Of a stretch of DNA of 35,897 nucleotides, positions 9,843 to 18,257 are shown in pieces (within the stretch, counting starts at the first letter, position 1; each line of letters starts with the position of its first letter). Source of the DNA: a virus (Duplodnaviria > Heunggongvirae > Uroviricota > Caudoviricetes); IMG/VR virus record IMGVR_UViG_2675903675_000001, positions 64,001 to 99,897 of that record; one strand, 5' to 3'. The notes beneath the pieces were generated by a model. It did no database searches. It saw only the letters and a program-made list of their open reading frames with translations, and was not told the origin of the DNA. The position numbers and the translations under genes were made by a program.

Positions 9843-10094
9843 TTGAGTTTTGGGCTAGGTATTTTTGAAAATGGTAAAAACGTTGCTACGTATTTTGATA
9901 AGTATGTAATTGATGTCGTTGATATGAAAGGCTCGGGAAAAAAAATATACAACCCACCTGACGGAACTAAAATTACTCTTGTTTCCTTGTATGGTGTTCA
10001 CGATGCCACAAAGGTAAAGATAGAAAAAAATATTTTATCGTGGAATTTGAAACATTATTTTGCTGTTTATTGTGTGATTTTGGAAAAATTATGA
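9843..10094 (+). CDS. Small tail-tip-associated protein (type normally found after gpJ)
   Basis: TAAGGAG RBS, TTG start, N-terminal MSFGLGIFENG motif typical of small genes following J; ATGA overlap with the next ORF. Confidence 0.55.
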   Translation: MSFGLGIFENGKNVATYFDKYVIDVVDMKGSGKKIYNPPDGTKITLVSLYGVHDATKVKIEKNILSWNLKHYFAVYCVILEKL

Positions 10095-10747
10095 AATCGG
10101 GATTTGATTTTTTTTCAGGCAATGGGAAAAGTTTATTTCCTTATACTGAAACATCTTATGTCTTCTACAAGAAGATTGCTCTAAACAAAAATACATTATT
10201 AAACAATAGATTATTTGATAGCGGTATTCCTAAAGCGTCTAATGCGCTTTTTTTTATTAACTGCGATGAGATAAACATCAGTAAGTCATTTTTTAATCAT
10301 GCGCTAAACGACTCTGGTAAAAATTATATGTTTGAGATAAGTGGCGATTTGGACAAAGCCGTTAACTTATTTTTATATGTGTTTGTTACTTCAAAATTTC
10401 ATCAACAAAATACCCCCACATCAAAATGGGGGATTCAATTATTTGATGAGAAAGGTGAATTACATCATGTGTCAGGGCAGATACCGTTGGCATTATATTC
10501 AGCTAAAATTTCAGGAGTGAATTTTAGCTTAAAAGAAAGTTTTAAATTAGCAACATTAGTAAAAATGTATGGATTTTATTCTATGACTTCTTTTTTTTAT
10601 GGCTGGGTCAGGATTGGAGTATCTGCAATAGGAGTGAAAGATAAGGCCTTGTTCGCGAAAGATGTTATCGGCGCTGGAACGGCGCCTATGAGTTCTTCTC
10701 AGTTTGATACGACTTTAATCTATATTAATTGCAGTTTATATGATTAG
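10091..10747 (+). CDS. Putative receptor-binding/tail-tip accessory protein
   Basis: Start ATG10091 is coupled to the upstream stop; N-terminal MKSGFDFFSGNG and internal KWGIQLFDEKGEL motif; AT-rich. Confidence 0.55.
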   Translation: MKSGFDFFSGNGKSLFPYTETSYVFYKKIALNKNTLLNNRLFDSGIPKASNALFFINCDEINISKSFFNHALNDSGKNYMFEISGDLDKAVNLFLYVFVTSKFHQQNTPTSKWGIQLFDEKGELHHVSGQIPLALYSAKISGVNFSLKESFKLATLVKMYGFYSMTSFFYGWVRIGVSAIGVKDKALFAKDVIGAGTAPMSSSQFDTTLIYINCSLYD

Positions 10748-10757
10748 GCTTATTTTT

Positions 10758-10991
10758 ATGAAGTTTAAAATATATTTTTATTTACTACTTTCCATTTTAT
10801 TTGTGATTATCTCCGCCTATACATTAGGCGGCAAATCGGCTAAAAAATCGTTTGAAATTAAACGCCGACGGGAAGAAAGCGTCCGACTTAAAAAAACGAT
10901 AGAAGTTAAGAAAGAGGTCGATAATGAAGTGCGCCAAATGGAAGATGGCGGTGCTAATAATGAGCTTCGCAATAGTTGGATGCGTAAATAA
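10758..10991 (+). CDS. i-spanin (Rz-like)
   Basis: N-terminal TM (YFYLLLSILFVIISAYTLG) followed by a charged helical periplasmic segment; overlaps a downstream lipoprotein gene. Confidence 0.7.
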   Translation: MKFKIYFYLLLSILFVIISAYTLGGKSAKKSFEIKRRREESVRLKKTIEVKKEVDNEVRQMEDGGANNELRNSWMRK

Positions 10992-11148
10992 GCAGACAGA
11001 GATACAACAACCTGCTTTTTGTGATGTTAGTGGACCTATTTTCATCGGAAAAGAAGATGTGTTAACCGACTTAACAGCTAGACAAATTCTCACCCACAAT
11101 AATACAGGTGTTAAATTATGTCACTGGGTTGGATCAAATAGAAAATAA
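10924..11148 (+). CDS. o-spanin lipoprotein (Rz1-like)
   Basis: Lipobox IVG|C; FCDVSGPIFIG..DVLT..TARQILTHN..G.KLCHW pattern; overlaps the i-spanin 3' end by 68 bp in another frame. Confidence 0.72.
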   Translation: MKCAKWKMAVLIMSFAIVGCVNKQTEIQQPAFCDVSGPIFIGKEDVLTDLTARQILTHNNTGVKLCHWVGSNRK

Positions 11149-11153
11149 TAACA

Positions 11154-11180
11154 AAGGCTTAGGGCACCAAGCCTTAATTG
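11154..11180 (+). terminator. Hairpin aaggctt-agggcacc-aagcctt after the spanins
   Basis: 7-bp stem followed by T-rich sequence. Confidence 0.45.
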
Positions 11181-11270
11181 TTTATATAAATAAGAAAACA
11201 ATACATTTTATTAAATGTATTTATTTATAGGTTTTCTTTCAATTAGTAATTAATGCGTGTATCTTATGCT

Positions 11271-11302
11271 AAATAACAAGGCATACTTAAAAATAACAAG
11301 GC
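11271..11302 (+). promoter_or_regulatory. 12-bp direct repeat aaataacaaggc x2 (20-bp period) upstream of parA; candidate RHH operator/centromere
   Basis: Copies at 11271-11282 and 11291-11302, a related aataacaaaggc near 11147, and the palindrome atacattt-tatt-aaatgtat near 11201-11220. Confidence 0.45.
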
Positions 11303-11308
11303 GAAGAT

Positions 11309-11998
11309 ATGAAAAAAAGCGCAAAAATCATACTCGTAGGCGGTAGCAAAGGTGGGCCGGGTAAAAGCACCATTGCACAGCAAATCGCGGGTTATTTATT
11401 AATTAAAGAAAATAAAAAAGTACATCTACTCGATATTGACGTACAGAAAACAACTTATCAATGGTGTCAGGATCGAGTTAGCTTACCTTCCGAAAAACCG
11501 CCGAAGGAACTTTCTTATCATTATCGCAGCAATGAAGTAATTAAGTATGTTGAAGGCATTGCTGAAAAATATGATTACATAGTTATTGACGCTGGCGGCT
11601 TCGACTCAGAGGCTCAGCGTGAATCGATGCTCATTGCAACACACCTTCTTCTACCTATCCGCCCTAAACGTCGTGACGTTCGTTCACTGGCTACTCTTGA
11701 CGGTGTTGTTGAGAAAGCGCAGATCTTAAATGAAGATTTGAAGGTACGTATCGTGATGAATCAATGCCCTTCATTACCGAACCAATTGCCGCGCATTCAA
11801 TTCGCCAAAGATGTATGTGAAACATTCGGTATGCTGGCGGTTAATACGAACATTTATGCAAGAAACGTTTATGACGACGCCGAAGAAGCCGGTCGCACCA
11901 TCTTCGAATTGAAAGGTGATGAGCGTGACAAAAAAGCAGAAGGTGAAATTGAGCAGTTGGTAAAAGAATTTTTGTACGAGGAAAAGGCTAATGGTTAA
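11309..11998 (+). CDS. parA: ParA/ParF-family partition ATPase (short, no N-terminal HTH)
   Basis: Deviant Walker A GGSKGGPGKST, LLDIDVQKT, YIVIDAGG, RNVYDDAEEAG. Confidence 0.92.
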   Translation: MKKSAKIILVGGSKGGPGKSTIAQQIAGYLLIKENKKVHLLDIDVQKTTYQWCQDRVSLPSEKPPKELSYHYRSNEVIKYVEGIAEKYDYIVIDAGGFDSEAQRESMLIATHLLLPIRPKRRDVRSLATLDGVVEKAQILNEDLKVRIVMNQCPSLPNQLPRIQFAKDVCETFGMLAVNTNIYARNVYDDAEEAGRTIFELKGDERDKKAEGEIEQLVKEFLYEEKANG

Positions 11999-12353
11999 AA
12001 ATGCAATGTCAGGTTTGGGTAAAGTTGATCGCGAAAAGCTACAAGAAGAATTTTTAGCAAAATCCTCGGTGAAAGATAACGTGGTTAAACAGCGCGGTCG
12101 TCGCAAGAATAGTGATCATGTAATTAAAAGCAGAACCGTCTCTATGGAAGATGAATATCATGAAATTGTTGATTTACTCCGAATAGTTCCTAGACGTGCC
12201 AATTTAAGCCGCTCAGATGTATTTAGAGCAGCGTTAGTGACTTTAGCTCAATTACCCTTCGAAGATATCAAAGCAGCGCTAGAATTGAGTTTAGAGACAA
12301 AACCGGAAGATATAAAACAATTGTTCAAAGATTTAGATAAGAAAATTCCATAA
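11991..12353 (+). CDS. Partition partner with ribbon-helix-helix domain (ParG-like, type Ib)
   Basis: Overlaps the parA stop; flexible N-terminus then KSRTVSMEDEYHEIVDLL...LSRSDVFRAAL, an RHH pattern. Confidence 0.65.
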   Translation: MVKNAMSGLGKVDREKLQEEFLAKSSVKDNVVKQRGRRKNSDHVIKSRTVSMEDEYHEIVDLLRIVPRRANLSRSDVFRAALVTLAQLPFEDIKAALELSLETKPEDIKQLFKDLDKKIP

Positions 12354-12354
12354 G

Positions 12355-12378
12355 AAAAGGCGGTTGACAAACCGCCTA
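12355..12378. terminator. Hairpin aggcggtt-gaca-aaccgcct between convergent genes
   Basis: 8-bp stem at 12358-12377; the A-run on the left gives a U-tract on the minus strand. Confidence 0.6.
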
Positions 12379-13023
12379 CTCAGATAATGAATCTTTGCTG
12401 ATGACAACTAATCTATGAGTGTGGATGTCGGTATCGAATCCCCAACAAAACTTATCCCAATGGTTGTAGAAGTCCTCGGTGTCTTTGATTAAAGTGAGAG
12501 GTCTGTCCATTTCACCACCATCAGAGGCGTATACGTGATATTTTTGCGAGAACGCCCACAAAATCATATCAGCCCAAAAACCTTTGCCATCCATTGTTTG
12601 CTCTTCGTCAGTTACAACAATGCTATGAACCTCTAGCAAATTTTGGAAGAAGGTGCGCGGCAAATCTCTGATTGCGTTTCTGTGTTCAGGCTCACGAGTA
12701 CGCCAAACTTTTATCTGTGTACAGGTAGTTTTGCCGAAAATGATATCTTTTCTAAAACGAAGCTCGACAAGATAAACAGTCTCAGAACCTTCACCACTTT
12801 CCGCGATAAGTCTATACTGATCCTTGTTTAAGGACTTTAAGAATTTGTAGCCATGAGGCACGACATATCTAGACAGATCAAAAGTCTGTACACCATTTTC
12901 CACAAACGCAGCCGTGTGTTCTTTGTTTTTTGACGGTATCTGGAGTTTCTTGTCGAATCCCGCCTTGTCTATGATTTTAGGCATTGAGCTAACATTCCTT
13001 GATGCTGTCGGTATTCTATTCAT
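12376..13023 (-). CDS. Hypothetical protein with GNAT-like motif
   Basis: Likely start ATG13023 (AGAGGG RBS); QIKVWRT...LPRTFFQNLL...IVVTDEEQTMDGKGFW resembles the C-terminal pattern of phage GNAT-like proteins. Confidence 0.6.
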   Translation of the reverse strand: MNRIPTASRNVSSMPKIIDKAGFDKKLQIPSKNKEHTAAFVENGVQTFDLSRYVVPHGYKFLKSLNKDQYRLIAESGEGSETVYLVELRFRKDIIFGKTTCTQIKVWRTREPEHRNAIRDLPRTFFQNLLEVHSIVVTDEEQTMDGKGFWADMILWAFSQKYHVYASDGGEMDRPLTLIKDTEDFYNHWDKFCWGFDTDIHTHRLVVISKDSLSE

Positions 13024-13103
13024 GATATGCCCTCTAAAAGTTGGACAATCTATAAGTTTAGTATACACGAAAAACATTTGATTATATATCCGCCGTTTGT
13101 TTT

Positions 13104-13235
13104 AAAAAGAAAGCCTAGCTCCCATAGTATTTATATTATTTTTAACTACAGAAAATCAAAACAAGGTAGTAACTGATCCTTTGTTTTTTCCTATTTAAAT
13201 CTATTAATAACTTATGGGAGCTAGGCATTCTTTTT
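13104..13235. repeat. 23-bp inverted repeat pair (22/23 identical) with an 86-bp spacer
   Basis: aaaaagaaagcctagctcccata (13104-13126) versus tatgggagctaggcattcttttt (13213-13235). Confidence 0.85.
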
Positions 13236-13301
13236 CTTAAAAAACCGCAATCATACACCTACACAGCGGATTTGATTTGCATGTCTCTCACTGGTATAAA
13301 G

Positions 13302-13319
13302 TAGCTATTCACTTACTCA
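13302..13319 (+). promoter_or_regulatory. Operator-like motif tagcta-ttcact-tactca
   Basis: 10/12 match to TAGGTA-N6-TACTTA, 20 bp upstream of ATG13340. Confidence 0.55.
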
Positions 13320-13339
13320 CTACAAGGCATGTGATAAAT

Positions 13340-14068
13340 ATGCGGTTAACATTGGAAAGTTTCTTATCAGAAGACGATCCGCAAATGTTCATGTTTTCAT
13401 GGACGGCAGAGGATAAAGATAAGTGGGTTGTTGAAAACCTCGGATTATCCAAAACCAAGATAGAGGCGGAATTGTTTACCTCTAAATGGTTCGATTATCG
13501 TCACCTTCACCCAATGGACGCGACCTTATTATTCGCGGAATCATACAAACGTCAGTACAGCAAGATTATGGGTACTCACGGCAGAGAAGACTATAGGAAA
13601 GCCCCTTTTAAAACAGGCTTGAAACGTTGTCCGTTTATTCAGTTAGCTAAAGCAAACATAACCTCTCTTTGGAAAGCGCGTCAGAAGGCTGATGAGTTAG
13701 GCGTTGAGTATGATTACTTTGTTATGACCATGCTATCGATCGCGGCCAAACGAGAATGGCGTGACTTGCCTAGACCGCAACATCTTTGGCAAGACGATTT
13801 GTTAGAAATATTTCACGATAAGTATGAGAAGAGAAAGGGAACGCGCTTGTGTGGCTCTGAGTTGGATTATTTTAAAAAAGATAACTATGTGGGTGATGAA
13901 TCCCAAGACGCGCACAGAGCGTTTGTTATGGCTCAAATAAACGATGCTCTGCCTGAGAGACGACACTTGCTTATTTACTCGGCGGTTTTCTCATTGGGTT
14001 ATTTAGATGCTCAGTTCTTTGTTGACCAGTATCCGAAAGAATATCAGAAAGCCGCTAAATTCATCTAG
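13340..14068 (+). CDS. Conserved phage-plasmid hypothetical protein upstream of the helicase
   Basis: Long clean ORF heading the replication operon; probable start ATG13340; motifs KWFDYRHLHP, LWKARQKADELG, LPRPQHL. Function not recognised. Confidence 0.7.
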   Translation: MRLTLESFLSEDDPQMFMFSWTAEDKDKWVVENLGLSKTKIEAELFTSKWFDYRHLHPMDATLLFAESYKRQYSKIMGTHGREDYRKAPFKTGLKRCPFIQLAKANITSLWKARQKADELGVEYDYFVMTMLSIAAKREWRDLPRPQHLWQDDLLEIFHDKYEKRKGTRLCGSELDYFKKDNYVGDESQDAHRAFVMAQINDALPERRHLLIYSAVFSLGYLDAQFFVDQYPKEYQKAAKFI

Positions 14069-14123
14069 CAGCCCGTCTTAGCTATGAAAAAATCAAAATT
14101 GAATTAGGAAAAGGAAAAATGAA

Positions 14124-14354
14124 ATGAATCAAGATTACAACATTATCAAGTCACGGTTATCGTGGCTGAAATTTCATGATGTTAAGTTGGAAATAACAAC
14201 CAAGACAGGGAAAGTGGTAACAGGCTTTGTTCGTAAATTTGATGAGCAGTCGGCGTTGATTGATGAAGTTGGATTTAAAAATAAAAATGATTTTCTTACC
14301 GTTAACTACTCATCCATTGAGAGTTTTCGCAACATCGAATCAGTAACTTGCTAG
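14124..14354 (+). CDS. Hfq/Sm-like small protein
   Basis: AAAGGA RBS. LSWLKFHDVKLEITTKTGKVVTGFVRKFDEQSALI aligns by eye with Hfq Sm1 ([35 protein letters not shown]), and LTVNYSSIESF with Sm2 (QMVYKHAISTV). Confidence 0.6.
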   Translation: MNQDYNIIKSRLSWLKFHDVKLEITTKTGKVVTGFVRKFDEQSALIDEVGFKNKNDFLTVNYSSIESFRNIESVTC

Positions 14355-14366
14355 GCGGTAATTTAA

Positions 14367-15728
14367 ATGTCTTCCCCAATTTCAACAGAAATGGAATTAG
14401 AGCACACAAGCGTACCGCTTTCTGAAAAGTTCGATGAGAATTTCCAAACTATCTTAGCCGCTTACTATTGCCGAGATTATCGATTTGTTACACAAGCTCA
14501 CGATTTAGTTGAGCCAAGTCAGTTTGACAATCAGGCAATGGGTATTCTGGTAAAGACGGCTGGGAACTATTTCAAAATGTACCGCTCACCACCATCGATA
14601 GAAACTTTGGTTGCTATGGTAACGGCGGATATAAAGAAGAAGGTTATCCGAGCGGATTACTCAAAAGATATTGTCGAAGCCATTAAGCGAATTAACGCGG
14701 TTAAGCTCACTGACTCACAGTATATGGTAGATCAGGTCACTATTTTTGCTCAGTCGGTAGCATTCGACAATGCCATGATGAAAGCGGCAGAGTTTAAAGA
14801 CAAAGGTGACTTTGAAAAAGCCATGCAGATCATGGATAAGGTCAAGTATCTAGGAGCCAAAGGCACATCGGAAGTTTACGACTACTTTGAAGAATCTGCT
14901 AAACGCTATGAGGCTCGTGAAAGAGTGGCGTCTGGCGAAGCTCCACCTCAAGGCATAACAACTGGAAATAGAGCATTCGATAATTTGCTTTATCACAAAG
15001 GTTGGGGTCGTCGAGAAATGGTTTTATTTATGGGATTCGCTAAATCAGGAAAATCTACCGCCATGGGTGAGTTTTCCGTTAACGCAACTCTTGCCGGGTA
15101 CAACGTTCTTTACCTTTCTTTGGAAGTACACAAAGAAATTATCGCCGACCGTTTTGACGCTCGTTTGTCTGAAACTGAAATGGAGGCGCTTGTTGATGAT
15201 CGTGACAAGGTAACTAAAAAGCTGAAAGAAATAGGGGCTGATGAAAAAATCGGAAAGCTCTATGTTGTTCAGCGACCATCAGGCTCAGTAAGTCCTAACG
15301 ATGTTGCTCGTATCATCGAAGCAATTATATCTACCGGTGTCACTCTCGATATGGTTGCAGTTGATTACGCTGATTTGATGAAGCCTAACTATCGCTCAGG
15401 CGATCCTCGTGAAGATGTGAAGTCGATTTACTCCGACCTACGAGCGGTTTACGACACATACAATGTTGCAGGAATGACAGCCTCACAAACGAACAGAGAG
15501 GGTGGTTCGTCCGAAGTTGCAACAATGATGCACGCCGCAGACAATATTGAAAAAGTTCGTATTGCCGACTTGGTTATTACGATAAACAAAACGGAAGAAG
15601 AGAAGGCGAAAGGTGAAGCTCGATTGTACATTGCAGGTTCTCGTAACCAGAAAGGTGAAGTGAGCATTCGCATTGAACAGAATCTTGATCAGATGCGCTT
15701 TATTAAGCGAGTCATTGACATAACGTAA
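14367..15728 (+). CDS. dnaB: DnaB-like replicative helicase
   Basis: Walker A GFAKSGKST, YLSLE, VDYADLM, TASQTNREG, IAGSRN. Confidence 0.92.
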   Translation: MSSPISTEMELEHTSVPLSEKFDENFQTILAAYYCRDYRFVTQAHDLVEPSQFDNQAMGILVKTAGNYFKMYRSPPSIETLVAMVTADIKKKVIRADYSKDIVEAIKRINAVKLTDSQYMVDQVTIFAQSVAFDNAMMKAAEFKDKGDFEKAMQIMDKVKYLGAKGTSEVYDYFEESAKRYEARERVASGEAPPQGITTGNRAFDNLLYHKGWGRREMVLFMGFAKSGKSTAMGEFSVNATLAGYNVLYLSLEVHKEIIADRFDARLSETEMEALVDDRDKVTKKLKEIGADEKIGKLYVVQRPSGSVSPNDVARIIEAIISTGVTLDMVAVDYADLMKPNYRSGDPREDVKSIYSDLRAVYDTYNVAGMTASQTNREGGSSEVATMMHAADNIEKVRIADLVITINKTEEEKAKGEARLYIAGSRNQKGEVSIRIEQNLDQMRFIKRVIDIT

Positions 15729-15798
15729 GACTCCCGATCATAGGTATAGTATTAAAAATAACACACATAAGCAGCAAAGCAGATAGGAAGCTTTAACC

Positions 15799-16209
15799 AT
15801 GCTCAACCAGAATTTTTTAGTCGTAAACGAAGACAAACTAAATGATTTTCTAAACAAAATCGCAAAAACCGAAGTGACGAATATGAAAAACGGCGATTTG
15901 ATTGAATTTAGACATTTTCACACTAGCAAGAATTGGGAGAAGGCGACGTTCGTTTGTTACACACCAAACGGTTTCGTCATTAATTATCAAGGGGCGGAAG
16001 CGTTGTTCTCGGCTGGCACAATATCCATTCGACCTTATCAAAAAACTGATGAAGAAAAGCGATTGGATTCACTTGAAGAAATTATGATCGCTATTGGGAA
16101 AGACGTTTTTAACCTTATTAAAAGCCGCTCAAATATTGAAGAAGTAGAAAAAAACTTCTTCAATGTCATTAAAAGAGAATTTGAGTCGGCAAGATCGCTT
16201 GGTGAATAA
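15799..16209 (+). CDS. Hypothetical protein
   Basis: ORF with AGGA RBS filling the gap between helicase and primase. Confidence 0.65.
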   Translation: MLNQNFLVVNEDKLNDFLNKIAKTEVTNMKNGDLIEFRHFHTSKNWEKATFVCYTPNGFVINYQGAEALFSAGTISIRPYQKTDEEKRLDSLEEIMIAIGKDVFNLIKSRSNIEEVEKNFFNVIKREFESARSLGE

Positions 16210-16222
16210 AAGCCTTTAGTTA

Positions 16223-16265
16223 AAAGCCACAAACTATCGGGAAACGACTCGGTGTTTGTGGCTTT
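16223..16265 (+). terminator. Long hairpin aaagccacaaac...gtttgtggcttt upstream of the primase
   Basis: Perfect 12-bp outer stem with a partly paired 19-nt interior. Confidence 0.5.
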
Positions 16266-16303
16266 GCTACTATTAAGAAAAAGAAAATGTAAGAGATTGA
16301 GAT

Positions 16304-17434
16304 ATGGCTAGAGTAACCAATAGTGAACTGATAGAAAAATTAGCGTCTTTGGACTTTGAACAATATTTGCAAATAGAAGGCATTGCGTTTCGTAGAACAA
16401 CGGGTAAAAGTGGTCGAGAGTTAAATATTCGAGAATGCCCCACTTGCGGAAACCATAGCTGGAAAGTTTACTTCAATCCAAAAACAAACGTAGGTGTTTG
16501 CTTTGCTGGTAGTCACCCTCAAGACGAGCAGTTCAACACGTATCGCTTCTTAAAAGAATACTCCGGTTTAAGAGGACGTGATTTAAACGGTTATATTGAT
16601 TCACAGCTTCTAGAACAAGGCTGGCAACCTAAGAAAAAAGAGGTTGTATTAGAAAGCGGTGTCGATCTTAAACGCGAAGTCCAATTACCTATGCACTTCG
16701 AATTACCGCTACCAGATGGAAGATTGCCAACCTACCTTGATGAGAGAAACATTACCGCAGATTTAGTTAAATACTTCGACCTAAGCTTCATTACCAACGC
16801 CTCACACGTTTATCGAGACTATAGTGGAAAGGTTTCAACACAAGACTTTTCAATGAGAGTGCTTATCCCTATTTATGATTTGTCTGGTGAACTGAGTACG
16901 TTTCAAGGTCGTGATGTAACCGGTCAAGCTGAAAAAAAATATCTATTTCCATCAACACTACCTGCGTCGGGTCGATTTCTTTATAACGGCCACAACGCCA
17001 TGGGGAAAAGCACCGTCATTGTTCTTGAAGGCGCGTTCGATGTTTACGCAACAAAAAGAGCCATTTTTGGGGAAGAGTCATTAAGAGATTTAGTTGAGCC
17101 TATTGGTACTTTCGGTATGCACTTGTCAGGATCGGTAAACGAAGACGGCCAAGACCAGTTAGGCGGCTTCCTAGCTCTTAAAGCGGCAGGTTTAAAAAAC
17201 GTTGTACTCCTTTGGGATTCTGAAAAACAAGCAATTAAAAACACCGTAAAGGCGGCGAGAAAGCTGGTTTCTATTGGGCTTAATGTGAAGATAGCCGCAT
17301 TTGAAAAAGAAGGTCAGGACGCAGGTGGATCAACAGATGAAGAAATCGTAAACGCCTACTATCGTTCCAAGACATTCACATCAAAATTAGCCTTGGAATT
17401 AATGGTTCGAGGGCATAAAGCTATTTTAAAATAA
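16304..17434 (+). CDS. DNA primase (Zn-finger + Toprim)
   Basis: CPTC...CFAGSH Zn ribbon, FQGRD, KKYLFP, Toprim VLEGAFD and LLWDSE. Confidence 0.85.
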   Translation: MARVTNSELIEKLASLDFEQYLQIEGIAFRRTTGKSGRELNIRECPTCGNHSWKVYFNPKTNVGVCFAGSHPQDEQFNTYRFLKEYSGLRGRDLNGYIDSQLLEQGWQPKKKEVVLESGVDLKREVQLPMHFELPLPDGRLPTYLDERNITADLVKYFDLSFITNASHVYRDYSGKVSTQDFSMRVLIPIYDLSGELSTFQGRDVTGQAEKKYLFPSTLPASGRFLYNGHNAMGKSTVIVLEGAFDVYATKRAIFGEESLRDLVEPIGTFGMHLSGSVNEDGQDQLGGFLALKAAGLKNVVLLWDSEKQAIKNTVKAARKLVSIGLNVKIAAFEKEGQDAGGSTDEEIVNAYYRSKTFTSKLALELMVRGHKAILK

Positions 17435-17436
17435 TG

Positions 17437-17471
17437 TAGGTATTTAAATACTTATATAAAGCATATATTAT
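17437..17471 (+). promoter_or_regulatory. Operator TAGGTA-tttaaa-TACTTA overlapping a sigma70-like promoter (TTTAAA-17-TATTAT)
   Basis: 12/12 motif match; -35 at 17443-17448, -10 at 17466-17471. Confidence 0.7.
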
Positions 17472-17498
17472 CTATAAAAATACAGAGGCTAAGAGTAA

Positions 17499-18257
17499 AT
17501 GAAAAAAGAAACATTTGTGGAAAAAATTGGTGAAATTGAGGGTTTTCTTAGATTAGGTGAATCTGAGAAGCAGGAGATTGTTGATTGCGGCTTAGATGAA
17601 AAACAGGCCGAGTTTAGCAGACTTACCGAAGAAACATTCGTTTATGAGGCTGGTAAACCGTGTTTAGAAGTATGCCACGCATTGGTCAAAACCCATGATG
17701 CTGTTTACGACTTGGTTTACTTCCGTGACCTATCCAAAGTATCGTCCAAGACACCTAAAACCTACATGGTTGGTTTCAATGATAGAGCCTTGTCTACGGT
17801 TGTTTCAATGATGGAAGACAAAACAATGGCGGAAATGTTCGATCATTTCGTTACCGCCTACCAAGGCCAGTCGGACGAAGAGTTTATTGACATGCCTATC
17901 CCTGAATTGTCTAAAATTCTCCAAACCCAAAAATCGGGATTTTTGGGGGTCACTGTCCCAATGCCTAATTACAGCGAATTCAAAGGCAGTTCAAACGAAG
18001 TAATTTCTCAAATTAAGGATATACAAGGTAGAGTTTTGCTTCCAGCGTTAGGTGGTGTGATAGATGCCGTTCTACACGCCAATGCCTTTTGCGACAATGT
18101 GGTTAACCGCTCGGCTAGACTGATTGGAAATGCAATGGCGGAAATCGGTATGATCGATGAGCAGTCGGTTTCTTACGGATTAAAGGCGGCAAAAGGCAAA
18201 TTGTATGAGATTCAAATGCGCGGGTCTAAATTGGCTGGATTGGCGGGTATGTTCTAA
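17499..18257 (+). CDS. Hypothetical protein
   Basis: 252-aa clean ORF directly behind the operator/promoter. Confidence 0.75.
   Translation: MKKETFVEKIGEIEGFLRLGESEKQEIVDCGLDEKQAEFSRLTEETFVYEAGKPCLEVCHALVKTHDAVYDLVYFRDLSKVSSKTPKTYMVGFNDRALSTVVSMMEDKTMAEMFDHFVTAYQGQSDEEFIDMPIPELSKILQTQKSGFLGVTVPMPNYSEFKGSSNEVISQIKDIQGRVLLPALGGVIDAVLHANAFCDNVVNRSARLIGNAMAEIGMIDEQSVSYGLKAAKGKLYEIQMRGSKLAGLAGMF

Noticed and set aside
13104-13235. Protelomerase target (telRL-like) site
   Set aside because: Such sites are uninterrupted palindromes; this one has an 86-bp spacer, and no protelomerase is visible in the window.
15741-15758. TAGGTA half-sites at 15741 and 19241
   Set aside because: The right arm is missing; the 19241 site is better read as an RBS. 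Not counted as operators.
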